DNA from: Chiloscyllium plagiosum
Lineage: Eukaryota
Direction: 5' to 3'
Assembly: GCF_004010195.1 (NCBI RefSeq)
Contig: NC_057718.1
Coordinates: 40,809,748 to 40,873,747, forward strand
DNA length: 64,000 nt
Below, piece after piece: positions 50,871-62,890 of the stretch; positions within the stretch are counted from its first letter, which is position 1; the number at the start of each line of letters is the position of its first letter. Position numbers and translations under genes: made by a program. Below the pieces are notes generated by a model. The model saw only the letters and a program-made list of their open reading frames with translations, had not been told where the DNA came from and did no database searches.

Positions 50871-51899
50871 GATTACATTTCATGAACACAGGCAAAACAA
50901 TGTTACAAGAATTGTGGGTTCTTGCTTTCAATACCCCAATGACTCAAATTAACAACCAATTGTGGGACTTCAAATGTGTGGTCAATTAAATCCTAGTAAG
51001 CTAATTCTACATTGATAGTATGATCAAGTAATAATATTGTCTCCTATTAGCACATCAGGCTATTTATACAGATATGCATTCTTTTCTGTAATCAATAGTT
51101 TAAAGATTATAAAACTGATGAAGTTAACGAGACAGTCTAGGCCTGCACACGGGCTGCTGGATTATAGGCTGGAAATTCCCCATCTGAGCCATCAGGTAAT
51201 TAAACCCAAAATAAGGTGGCATATGATCTTCTGATGGAGAATTTTCCTCAAGTCTTATTAAAATAAACCAGAGTGTAAAATGGGCACTGATAAATTGAAG
51301 TCAAAGGAAACTGCTGATGTCCTACCATTGCCTACATCTTTGAAGTAGGCAGCAGGAGAGAAGATTCCATCACCTAGGGGAAAATGCTCACATAAATGTC
51401 AGTCATGGGGGCTGAGGTACAGCTGCATGCTGCAGTCAGGCCAGCCAATTCAGGAATTTGTGCTGAAGTGAGGTCTTTGAAAGGTCTACTTTAGTGCTGA
51501 GGGACTTAGCTCCAGTTAGCCCTTTAACCCTCATTCCACACATTTTCTATCCCCCAAAAATGTCACTCTATCCACTACCCCAATGGTTCCTTATACCCTC
51601 CATTCCATGCTATGATCTTTCACTCACTCCGCTGGTCCCTCAGATTTTCCATGTCAGTCTATACCACTCCACCCATTGCCGCAGTTCCTTAAAACTGCAT
51701 GCCATGTATAGCCCTCCACCCACCTCTTCACGTCGACATCATGCCCTCCATGGATCATAAGCTCACTTTGAACTAAACTTGGCTGAGAGTTCTGACATTC
51801 ACTGGAGGGTTGAAGTAGTTGAACTCCAGACAAAACATTGCTTAATGATTAGGTCTTTTTTACTCATTCACAGGAGGTGGGTTTTGCTGGAGGTATAGA

Positions 51900-52725
51900 A
51901 AACTCAAAGAGGCTGCAGAAGGACAAGTAGGATTTGCACAAGAACATAACAGATAGAATATAACATGAAATGTGAAGTTATCAACTTTATAATTAAAATT
52001 TTAATAATGTTATTTGAATCGTGTGTGATTGGGCTATCTAGATATACACAGAAAGACAAGTGATACATTAGGTTTGTTACAAAAGCATTGCTTATAACAG
52101 TAAGGAAATCTTACTACAATTGCAACAGGGCATTGGTAATTCCACTGTTATGCAGGCACTTCGTACTTGTTAACTTTTCTGAATGTGAACTTGAAGGATT
52201 GTGGAGGTGCCAGACTACTTTCTCAATGAAAAGGCACACTGAACTTCTTTATTTTAAGGCATTTTTTTGGAAACCACGTTTCCAGATAACTGTTGATCTG
52301 GGTTGCTTATTACACTAGACTGGTTTCTGGAATAAGAGAACTGTCCTATGATGAGAGATTAAATAGACTAGAGTAAAATCCCCAGAGTTTAGAAGAATGA
52401 AAAGTGATTTGATTGAAATATATGAATTTCTTAAAGTCTGCACAGGGTATATGCTGAAGAAAAAAAATTCTCCTACCTTGAGAATACAGAAGGTTCAAAA
52501 GAAGTGTTTGCCAACTGACAAGTGAGAAGAAATTCCTTTGAAGAGAGCTGTGGTTGCGAAAGGTGGATATATTTAAGAAAGAGATGGATGTTTGAGTACA
52601 AAAGGAATTAAAGGAAAAGGGCAAAGTGTGGGAAGGCAGTATTGGGTGGAAGGTCAACCAGGATCTTGCTGAATTGCAAAAGAGGTTAAAAAGGCCAAAA
52701 GGCCTACCCTGGATCCTATTTCTAA
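51900..52725 (+). mobile_element. Old CR1 RT and 3' fragments
   Basis: Degenerate EYN..KCEV, LSYDERLNRL..LEFRRMKSDLIEIY, CR1-type tail. Confidence 0.7.
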
Positions 52726-52964
52726 TGTTAAGCAATGTTATCTTTCTGATGTCTGTAGATAAACCTATTGTTCAAAGATGAGCAGGGAACTTGCATTGTA
52801 TGCTCACCAACACAACAACCAACTCACCATATAAAAAAACGAACGAATTGTTGACTTCTCTGCCATTTCTGGGAACTACGCTTTATGACTATCAACAGCA
52901 AAGCCAAGTCTGTAGATCAAATAGTTCAGGACACCTGAATGAAACAAAGCATAACAGCATTCAA

Positions 52965-54436
52965 ATTTCTTTGAATCCTCCCACTTCCTGCCACCTGCAC
53001 GGGCCCCATCTCTGCCTGTCTCTTTGTTGGCTATGTGGAATAGTCCATCTTCCACAGTTACACTGGCACCATTCCCCACCTTGTCCTCCGCTACATCGAT
53101 GACTGCATCAGCACCACCTCATGCTCCACGAGGAGGTTGAGCAGTTCATCAACTTCATCAACACATTCCACCCTGACCTTAAATTCACCTGAACCATCTC
53201 AGACACCTCCCTCCCTTTCCTGGATCTCTCCATCTCCATCAACGGTGACTAACTCAACACAGACATCTTCTACAGACTCCCACAGCTACCTGGACTACAC
53301 CCCTTCCCACCCTGCCTCCTGTAAAACTGCTATCCCTTATTGCCAATTCCTCTGCCTCTGCCATATCTGCTCCCAGGAGGATAAGTTCCAACACAGAACA
53401 CACCAAATGGCCTCCTTCTTTAAAGACCGCAATTTCCCCTCCCATGTGGTTGATGATGCCTTCCAGCGCATCTCATCCACTACCCGCACCTCCGCCCTCA
53501 AACCCCACGCCTCCAACCGCAACAAAGACAGAACACCCCTGATCCTCACCTTCCACCCCACCAATCTCTGTATACATCACATCATCCTCCGCAATTTCCG
53601 CCATCCACAAACAGACCCTACAACCAGAGATATATTTCCCTCCCCACTCCTATCCACCTTCCGTAAAGACTGTTCCCTCCGCAACTCCCTCATCAGGTCC
53701 ACACCTCCACCAACCCATCCTCCCCTCCCGGCACCTTCCCCGCCACTGCCGGAATTGCAAATCCTGTGCCAACACCTCCCCCCTCACCTCTGTCCAAGGC
53801 CCCAAAGGAGCATTCCACATCCATCAAAGTTTCACTTGCACTTCCACACATGTCCTTTACCGTATCCGTTGCTCCAGATGCGGTCTTCTCTACATTGGGG
53901 AGACAGGACGCCTACTCACAGAGCGCTTCAGAGAACATTTCTGGGGCACCCGCACGAACCAACCCCATCGCGCCATGGCTGAACACTTCAACTCCCCCTC
54001 CCACTTGGCCAAGGACATGCAGATCCTGGGCCTTCTACACCACCACTCCTTATCACCTGATGCCTGGAGGAAGAACGCGTCATCTTTCGCCTCAGGACCC
54101 TCCAACCCCATGGTATCAATGTGAATTTTACCAGTTTCCTCATTTCCCCTCCCCCAACCTTATCCCAGATCCAACCTCCCAATTTGGCACCTCCTCATGA
54201 CCTGTCTAACCTGTCCATCCTCTTTCCCACCTATCCACTCCATCCTTCCCTCTGACCCATCACCATTACCCCCACCTCCATCCACCTATCACACTCTCAG
54301 CTTCCTTCCCCCCAGCCCCACCCCCTCAGCTTACATCCTCATTCCTGATGAAGGGCTTTTGCCCGAAATGTTGATGCTCTGCTCCTTGGATGCTGTCTGG
54401 CCTGTTGTGCTTTTCCAAAACCACACTAACGACTCT
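52965..54436 (+). mobile_element. Penelope-like element (RT C-terminal half, GIY-YIG endonuclease, terminal repeat), pseudogenised
   Basis: RYIDDCI, FINTFHPDLKFT*TIS..SLPFLDL, HVLYRIRCSRCGLLYIGETGRLLTERFREH (GIY-YIG); CTGATGA-A-GGGC-TTTT-GCCC-GAAATGTT at 54345-54372. Confidence 0.93.
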
Positions 54437-55887
54437 AAAACTGAAAGGACATCACTTCCACAAGGTTATCTTGTTGTGAAAGTCAATATTTACAAACTAA
54501 AAGACTGGTAACAAGCTCAAACACTATAGAAATCTCCCAAGCTGAAAAACACAACCAACTAATTCAAATTGGTGCTTAATTATCAACAGGAATAATTGTG
54601 ATTTTGACAGATAATTCTGTGTTGGAACTGTTTCACCTATTTCGGAAAATAGCTTGTATTTGACTCGGGTAAAGTACAGGTATACAAAATTGACTCCTCC
54701 AGCAAAATCTTGAATTAACTTGAGAGTAACCTGAGAGAAAATAATGAGACACATCATAATTTAGACAATTAAAAGATAATTAAGCTGATCAGTGGCAAAC
54801 TGTTTCATACAGGGTGAGAGAAATGGGGCTGGCACAAACTTATAAAATTGGGATCAACTGATTTGAGTTTAATGTGCAAGACTGAGTTCCAACTTGCTAG
54901 GTTACAGGGACACTGAAGATTCAGGATGTATCTTGAGCAGATTTGATTAACTTACTACTGGGGACACTACATGGATTGGACTCAAAGATTGCGAGGTATC
55001 TGAATGGTCAGTGATTCATTAAAATATTTTACCAGAATAAAGGGTATGCAATAATTCCAAAAAATATTTTTAGAATACAATTTTATACTTTCACAAACTA
55101 CAGAAAACTTACAGCGCTGTTTGGTTCATTAAATATATGCTGAAATAATATGAATATTCTTGAAAAAAAATGTATATTTAGATAATAGGAGGAGGGATTC
55201 CTTTTTCTGATTCAGTAAAAGGTACTATCTCAGGTTCACATCCAAAGATTTATCAAAGCACCATCTATTGTTATACCATGTATTTCAGGTAATCAAGAAC
55301 ACGCCTGGAAAAGCTATACAGGAGCTCATTGAGGTAATTCTTTCTCAATTTTCTTCAACCAAGAATGGAGGCAGCCAACATTTTTTCAAAGTATACAGAT
55401 GCCAGACACCAAACTTGAGCACATTCAAATACGGGCAGCTCTACAGAATCACGGTTGCATTTATTCCAACTTCACTGAACGAGGGAGATGACCAGAATGG
55501 TCAACTTTAGAATCTGGTGAATTGTTTTGAGAGACCACAGGAAATAATGTGAACTAGACTTGGTTATCTTCTAAAAAGAGGGATTCCACATTTGCCTTTC
55601 TTTGCAACAGATGCTACTTAAAGTCACTGGTAAAGAAATAGTCTGGAGTTAACATGCTGAGTGTAAACAAAGATTGACAATAGCAATTTTTTTTTGAAGT
55701 AAGAGATTGCAAATCTAAACAAACAATGTATAAGAGGAATCTAGAGCATGCAAATGATTGCCATCTGTCAGTCAGCAAATAATTTTAAGAACACAGTGAT
55801 TATGGTGAACTATTTAATATAACAAAATACAAATCCATAGAACATAAGTCAACAGTGCTTCATTGGAAAAACAATACACATAAACAA

Positions 55888-55912
55888 TTTATTAATGTGA
55901 TTTTAATTTATT
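55888..55912 (-). terminator. Two AATAAA polyadenylation signals of LYPLAL1
   Basis: TTTATT on plus at 55888-55893 and 55907-55912, ~105-125 nt past the stop, followed on minus by GU-rich TGTTTATGTGTATTGTTTTT. Confidence 0.65.
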
Positions 55913-56015
55913 TTCCCCTATTTTCACCCATGATATATTGTCATTCTTGACAATATTAGCTAATATATTACAATATGTATATAAACTATGACTACTTCAT
56001 TCAGAATGAATAGCA

Positions 56016-56243
56016 TTACTGTTCAATATTAGGTAGTTTATGTAAAATCCATGACTTCAGTTGTTCTAACTCTGATTTGCAAAGTTCATGATAGAGATTA
56101 GGAAATGTCTTAAAAGTGGCTTTCACTCCTAGTGACTGTAAATGCAAACAGCTCTCTTTACCCCACTCATATAAAATGAGTTGGTCATTCTTTCCATGAC
56201 ACTGGAACAATTCAGGCATTGAGGTTTTAGAATTCTGAATTGC
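56016..56243 (-). CDS. LYPLAL1: Lysophospholipase-like 1, last coding exon
   Basis: Acceptor TTTCTAG|GCA, phase 0; AIQNSKTSMPELFQCHGKNDQLILYEWGKESCLHLQSLGVKATFKTFPNLYHELCKSELEQLKSWILHKLPNIEQ* resembles the human LYPLAL1 C-terminus (PELFQCHG.D..., FPNVYHEL...W). Confidence 0.95.
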   Translation of the reverse strand, partial: AIQNSKTSMPELFQCHGKNDQLILYEWGKESCLHLQSLGVKATFKTFPNLYHELCKSELEQLKSWILHKLPNIEQ

Positions 56244-56974
56244 CTAGAAAGAAGACATAGATTTATAGACATAGATTTGGTGCATACCATTTGCAATTTA
56301 TTTCTACTTGTTCATGTACTGAACAAAATTGGAAAAAAAAACAAGGTGCATTTATTTTCAAATTACCACTCTGTAACTTTGGCATCTAGATGTAAACAAA
56401 CATTTAAAAACTTGTGAACGGGTATAAATGATCATCCATTAACATTGTTGAACTGCTTTAAAAAAGGTAGTAGACACTTAAATTTTGAAGCAGTGCTAAG
56501 GTCAAATCTACTGGCCTATTCGTTAAACTAAACATTCATATTTAACAGAGCTAGTCCGTGGCTCCAAGCAAACATGTGTTGCAAATAAATGATTACAGAT
56601 TAATCTATTTTTAACTTCTTAATATGTTAAACCAGGCAAGTTATAAAGAAAGTGGGTTCCTGAAGAAGTGAAAGAAACGCTTAAACTTAAAGGTCAGTAC
56701 TAAATAAATTATAATAATAATGCATCAAGGTTTGAAATTATGCCATGTGATTTTATGAATGCATCCATATCTCTTCTTGCTTAGCAATGGTATTAAATGC
56801 ACGGATTAATACCTTAGTACTTAAAATTTCTCAGGAATGTACTGATGCATTATTGAAAAGATTTCAGTATTTCCAAGTTGAAGAATATTGTCCAGTAACC
56901 CCTGATTGAAATCAAAATTAAGCTAGATACTACCTAAATAAAATGCTTATTTGACAGCATTTTTAAAAATGAGA

Positions 56975-57225
56975 TGATGGTGAGTTTAAGTCCCACTTCA
57001 GAATTTTGTCTAATTTAGACAGACACTTCCATACATTATGGAATTGCTGCATTGTTAGAGAGGCTGACTTTCAAATGAAACTATAACCGGTGCTTCCGTC
57101 TGCCTGCTAAGCTGCCTATGTAAGATCCCATTGCACTTTTATCAAACAGCACAATTATTCAAGTGCAGTAAACATTGTTTCCTCAACTAGTACTATCATA
57201 GCTTGTTCATATTCACTGCTAAATT
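56975..57225 (+). mobile_element. Decayed DeuSINE-like (SacSINE1-type) SINE in the last LYPLAL1 intron
   Basis: GAGTTTAAGTCCCACT (B-box-like), TGCTGCATTGTTAGAGAGG..CTTTCAAATGAAAC.ATAACCGG..CCGTCTGCC..AAGATCCCATTGCAC (Deu-domain-like). Confidence 0.55.
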
Positions 57226-57329
57226 TAAGCCCGGGGATTAGTTACACCTCAAAAGACATTCATTGGCAATGCAGTTACTGGGATCTACTGAGGTCACAAT
57301 GCAAGTAAAAATTCCATCCTTCTGCTTAC

Positions 57330-57445
57330 CTGGTAGACAATAGAATCCTTATTCAAGAAACTGGATAAAACAAACACTCCTGCTACTTGTTGCTGAAATC
57401 TATAGGCTACGTGCATAGCCATTGTCCCTCCCATTGAAAATCCCC
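57330..57445 (-). CDS. LYPLAL1: Lysophospholipase-like 1, penultimate coding exon (116 bp)
   Basis: Acceptor TTTGCAG|GG, donor CAG|GTAAG; (G)[38 protein letters not shown] with GxSxG nucleophile elbow; splices in frame to the last exon. Confidence 0.96.
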
Positions 57446-57624
57446 CTGCAAAGTCAAATACAGATCCAAATCAACAGTTTTATAAACTACAATACAAATT
57501 GAATGCAGACTGATGTAGTCAAACTAGCTTTGAGAGTTTTATTATACAGAAAAATAAGCTTGTACCATTAGGGACAATTTAATTATTTTTATTTTAATAA
57601 TTGGAACTCAAAATATTATTTCCT

Positions 57625-58300
57625 CCAAGCCACTCCCTCGAGTTTTTAAATCAAAGATTTTACACCTTGAGTCTCTGGTTATGGACTCACTCACCAAAGA
57701 AAGTAGTTTTACCTTATCAAAACCTCTCAAACTTGAATCCCCCTCGGAGGTCTCCTCTCAACCTTCTCTATGCTAAGTAGAATCGTTCTAACCTTTTAAA
57801 CCTCTTCAGTTATTAAAGCCACTTGTTCTGGTAACATCCAAATAAATCTCTTCTGCAACCTTTGAGGCTTTATATATTTTAGTTTGGTGTCCAAAATTTC
57901 ACACAGTTTTCCTGCTAAGGCCTAATCAACAATTTTGAAAGTTTGAGGGACATTTAGTTGGTTTCATATTCTATGACTATCCATAAACCTAAGTAAACCA
58001 TTATATTTTGAATGAGCATATCAACTTTAAGGAGTTATGGATATGAATCCAAAAGCTCTCTCTGATTAGCTATACTTTCCAAAACTGTGCCTTCATTTGT
58101 AATATACTGTCTTTCTACATTCCATATTATCCATTCTTTTGAGCTCCATCTGACATGTTTCGGTTAGATTCACAACCTCGCCTGTGCCATCCTGAAGGCT
58201 GTAACCATCCTTACTGCTATATACTACATTGTGAAGTTTCATACCATCAATAAACTTTATAAAGCCACTAAAAGTCCAGATGATTTATCAAAACTGCAAG
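57625..58300 (-). mobile_element. Old CR1 fragments in LYPLAL1 intron
   Basis: Degenerate LIRP..E..VKFW.P, RLRGDLRG..IQV, L*ESITR.RCK. Confidence 0.6.
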
Positions 58301-58315
58301 TTAACATATACAAAA

Positions 58316-58738
58316 TATATATCAGCATCTCATTTTCTGCTTGGGGACCCTGCAACCCTCCTGACTCAACAGAGTTCAATAATTTTATGTCCTGAACTCT
58401 GCCATGTTTTAGATGCCAATTCCACACACTAGGTCTTGTTATCACATAATCTGTGTATTGTAAGCCACTAACAGTTTGCATTTACAGTTATTCACTCTCC
58501 TAGCTAGATCATTATCCACTCCTTTGTCTGTCCAACTGTTCTTCATTCTCTTTGGGCTCTAAGCGCATCTACTGTTTATTCCTTCCCTCTCACCCCACCC
58601 TATCTTCTGCATATAAATCAACATTTTCCGAGCTACATAAACTCTGATAAAGGGTCACTGAACCCAAAACGTTACCTCTGATTTCTCTTCACAGATGCTG
58701 CCCGACCTGCTGAGTTTTGCCAACAACTTCTGTTTTTG
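58316..58738 (+). mobile_element. Penelope 3' fragment (third family) with 9-bp TSD and degenerate hammerhead motif
   Basis: HLIFCLGTLQPS*LNRV; CTGATAA-A-GGGT-CACTGA-ACCC-AAAACGTT at 58644-58673; TATACAAAA at 58307-58315 and 58739-58747. Confidence 0.75.
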
Positions 58739-59002
58739 TATACAAAACTGATTCTTGGGGAACTCTAGTACGAAACACAGCCTAGCCTGGACACCAACAC
58801 CATTCAGCTAACTTTGTGGCGAATTCCAACTTTCCCTTTAATTTAAAAAAAATTCCATCTTCTTAATAGGCCTCCTGCATGGCACTTTCTTGAACATCTT
58901 CGAGAAGTTCATGTGAACAATGTATTATATACTAACCTGATTATCATTTTGTTACCTTGTCAACAAATTAGTTCAAGTTAGGCAAAATAATTTGCCTTCA
59001 TT

Positions 59003-59565
59003 AAGAACATTGGTGAGGCTACTTTTAGAATACTGTGTACAATTCTTGTCAGCCTTCTATGGGAAGGATGTTGTGAAACTTGAGATTTTGCAGAAAAGAT
59101 TTACAAGGATGTTGCCAGGATGACAGGATTTGAGCTATAGGGAGAGACTGAATAGGCTGGGGCGTTTTCCCCTGGAGTGTCGGAGGCCGAGGAGTGAGCT
59201 TATAGACATTTATAAAATCATGAGGGGACATGGATATGGTGAATAGCCAAAGTGTTTTTCCAAGGGTGGGAGAGTCAAAAACTAGAGGGCATAGCTTTAA
59301 GGTGAGAGGGAAAAGTTTAAAAAGGACCCAATAGGTAACTTTTTCACACAGACAGTGGTGTATGAATAGAATGAGATGCCAGAGGAAGTGGAGGAGTTCG
59401 GTACAACTACAATATTTAAAAGGCATCTGGATGGGTTTATGAATAGGAAGAATTTAGAGGGATATGCACCAAATGCTGACAAATGGGATTAGGTCAGATT
59501 GGGATGTCTGGATTGTGCAGATGGGTTGAACCGAAGGGTCTGTTTCCATGCCGTATGACTCTTAA
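59003..59565 (+). mobile_element. HER1/CR1 LINE 3' portion
   Basis: RTLVRLLLEYCVQF, QKRFTRMLPG, GNFFTQTVV, AACCGAAGGGTCTGTTTCCATG tail. Confidence 0.92.
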
Positions 59566-60589
59566 TTCTGTGCTGGCTCATGTTGATTAGTCTGTCTCTT
59601 CAAATGAAAATTTATTTTTGCCTGATAATACTTATCAATAATTCTCCTATTAATGATAGGTTGATTGGCCTGTAGTTTACTGGCTTATCCATATTCTTTT
59701 TCTTGAATAGAAGTTTAACATAAGCAAACCTAATCCTTTAACTGAAGAATGTTTTTAAAAATTGTAACCAATATCTCTGCTTTTCCACCTTTGCCACTTT
59801 TAGTAATCTAGGATACATTCCATTGACTTAGTAACTTGCAGGCAAGTTCAGTTAATCCTATTAGTACATTTATTCCACTTCTCACCATCTTGTCCATAAC
59901 CTCCTCTATACATTGGTGTAATCTATATATCATCTGGATTATTTTGAGGAGATAGATGCACAGTACTCCTTTCATACTTTCACCATATCCTACGCTTTCA
60001 GCATATAACAAAAGGAAATAGCAGAGAGACATGGATGATCATTTGGAAGAGGGATATCAAATGCAAAAAGAGTTATTATAAAAACAGATGTGTTAGCTTT
60101 CTAAACCTAGTATCTTCTTAACCTTACAGCCCTACCAAGGTTAAGCCGCTTTCATTGTCAGGAGGTACTGGAGAAAACGGAAGCTCTCTTCACAGCTAAG
60201 TTACCCAATATTATGATGATGTTTGATAAGGTAAACAGCAAAAAATATCTCAGCTGATATTTGAGTCAGTAACTTGAGGGCATAAATTTGAGATCGCCAC
60301 CAAAACAATGGAGGGAGGAGTAGGCTGAATACCCACCAGAAATAGCAGCCTAAGTGACCAGTGCTTTTGTCTTCCCAGAACTACAACGGCTGTATGGAAT
60401 TTAAAATTATTCAGACAGAAAAATGCCACTTTTTTTTAATGAAAGAGTCATATCTACTTAGGCTTAGTATCAATATGTTCTAGGCAAAGGTGGCATACAA
60501 TTATAATACAGCAAAAAATAATTGTTCCCAACTTCCAGTATATGAAGAGACAGAAAATACTGGAAATAGACAGCAGTTAAGCCTATAAG

Positions 60590-60935
60590 TCATTGGAGTG
60601 GAAATAAGGCCATTTGGCAATTGAGTCAACTCCATCATTCAATCATGGTTGATGAGCATTTCAATGCCACTTACCTGCGCTCTCCCATATCTCTTAATTC
60701 CTTGCGAGATTAAGAATTTACCAGTCCCTACCTTGAAGACATTTAACGTCCCAGCCTCCACTGTGCTCCATGGCAATGAATGCCACAGGCCCACGACTCT
60801 CTGGCTGAAGAAATGTCTCCTCGTTCCAGTTTTAATTTGACCCCCTCTAATTCTAAGGCTGTGCCCACGGGTCCTAGTATACATCTGCCTGACGGAAACA
60901 AATTCCCAGTGTCCACCCTTCCTAAGCCAAGCATT
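60590..60935 (-). mobile_element. CR1 3' end
   Basis: RTRGHSLRIRGGQIKTGTRRHFFSQRVVGLWHSLP..VEAGTLNVFK. Confidence 0.9.
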
Positions 60936-62149
60936 ATCTTGTATAAGTATCATACAGTTTGAACAGTTGGTCAGAGTGGCAAACAGAACTGCCAAAAGAC
61001 CAACATATGTGTGCTGCTAGTAAGAACGCTCTGAGAGGTACCTGTCTGGAGGAGGAATTTGCACAAAACAAATAATCGATACCGACCTGGAGAGCAAATC
61101 TACAGAGGAAGATACAAAGAGAAGATTCGACAACTGGCTGGCTTTGAAATTAGAATTTTTCTGTAAATTGTAATTGGGGGTTTTATGGGACCAGTATTGT
61201 AGAGGGGAAGGTTAAAAAAAATAGGTTTAGATAAATGGATTGTAAGTAATTCCTCAGCTAATATTCTCTGTTAGACTTAAAGAAATAAAGTTGTTTATTT
61301 TTACTTTAAATAGTGCCTTTTAGAATAGTTCTTTGGCTCTCGAATTTTCACAGATTACAGCATGGGGTAAATCTTCACAACTTTTGAGAGAACAGTTTTT
61401 CAGACACATAGCCATCATTGGAAGTTGTGAAGAACTGAAAGATAAGGAAGCATTTTAATGGAGTCAGAATAAAGTGAAAAGCTCGTCAAAAGAGTGAAAT
61501 AGGAAAATTGGATAGGTGATGAAGATGATCTTAAGGCTACACAATGAAAAAAGTTGGGAAATAAAGAGTACATGAATATCCAAGGGAATGAGAGGAAGAT
61601 AATTGAAGGTCAAATGAAAATCAAGAGAAACTGGCAAAGTAAGTGGTTGGGAGGGGGTCCAATCATTGGAAGACTTCAGAAACAGACAGCTACATCAACT
61701 ACAAATCTGACAGAGGGTCTCCACCCTAAATATAAACATACATGTTTAATATCATTAGTGAGACATTTAATGAAAAAGGTGGGATGTCAAGCCAGAAAAA
61801 AAGCTGCAGTGATTTAAAAGCCTACTGGAATGAGAATGGTAAAAAAAGACCATGTCTTTAAAAAGATTGGGAACCTTCAAAATTACGATAGGAACTAAAA
61901 GAAATTCCAAACAGGGAAGGAACTGATTCAGGGAATTCTGATTTTCTGGCTTCAGGCATAATCATTTCCAGCCTCAGGCATAATCATTTCCAGCCAAGGA
62001 CAAAGGAGATATTAATGGACGTTGGCTTTTTAATACATTTCTGGTGTCACAATTGAGAGTGTGCACATGGACAACTCAGCACTCGTCTTCAATTTTCTGC
62101 AAACATCAAATTTGTTGACTTGGTATTACAGTATATTGCTAATTTCTTA

Positions 62150-62890
62150 ATTCATTCACCAGATGTCGGAGTCATTGGCTGGGCCAGCATTTATTCTCCA
62201 TCTCTAGCTACCTCTGAGAAGGTGGCAGTGAACGGCTTTCTTGAAAGAGTGCAGCCCATTTGCTGTAGGTGAACACACAATGTGGTTGGGGGTTCCAGAA
62301 TGTTGATACTGAAAATTTGGTGACATATTTCCAAGTCTAAGCAGCAAGTAGCTTGGAAGGGAATTTGCAGTTGGTGGTGTTTTCATGAATCTGCTACCCT
62401 GGGCCTTCTAAATCATTGTGTTTGTGACTTTAGAAGGTGATGCCTGAGTATGCTTGATGAATTTCTGCACTGCATCTTTTAAGAGAGACACTGCTGTAAC
62501 AGACTATCAGTGGCGAAAGACGGATTAAATGTTTGTGGATGTGGTGCCAATCAAATTGGTGGCATTGACCTGGATGGTGTCAAGCTCTCTGACCTTTGTT
62601 GGAGCTGCATTCATCTGTATTCCATCACACTTATGACTTATGCCTTGTAGATGGAGGAGAGGTCTTGGGGAGTGAGGAGTTGAGTTACTCATTGCAAGAT
62701 CCCTAGCTTTTGACCTTCTCTTGTAGTCACAGTATTTATGTGGCTAATACAGTTCAGTTTCTGGTCAATTGTAAACTCCAGGATGATAATTGTGAGTTAT
62801 TCAGTGATGGTGAATTCACTGAGTGTTCAAGGGCAATGGCAAGATTCTCTTTTGTTGGAGATGGTCATTGCCTGGCATTTAGGTGGATTA
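62150..62890 (-). mobile_element. CR1/L2-group LINE 3' part (same family as 32485-33075)
   Basis: Minus LSIYKA*VISVMEY and shared 3' UTR (GCAGTTCAA..AAG..GC..ACC..CCTTCTC..AGGGCAATT-like). Confidence 0.75.

Noticed and set aside
53137..53982. 281-aa ORF as a host gene
   Set aside because: Frameshifted chimera of Penelope reading frames
59808..60032. ORF with EEVMDKMVRSGINVLIG resembling LYPLAL1 exon 3 (DEEVKSGIKKNRILIG)
   Set aside because: No GT donor at the required position, and it continues into CR1 ORF2-like sequence (LLKVAK..AEILVTI); a LINE remnant
60955..61380. Possible solo LTR
   Set aside because: LTR-like texture and AATAAA, but no second copy, TG..CA ends or TSD identified
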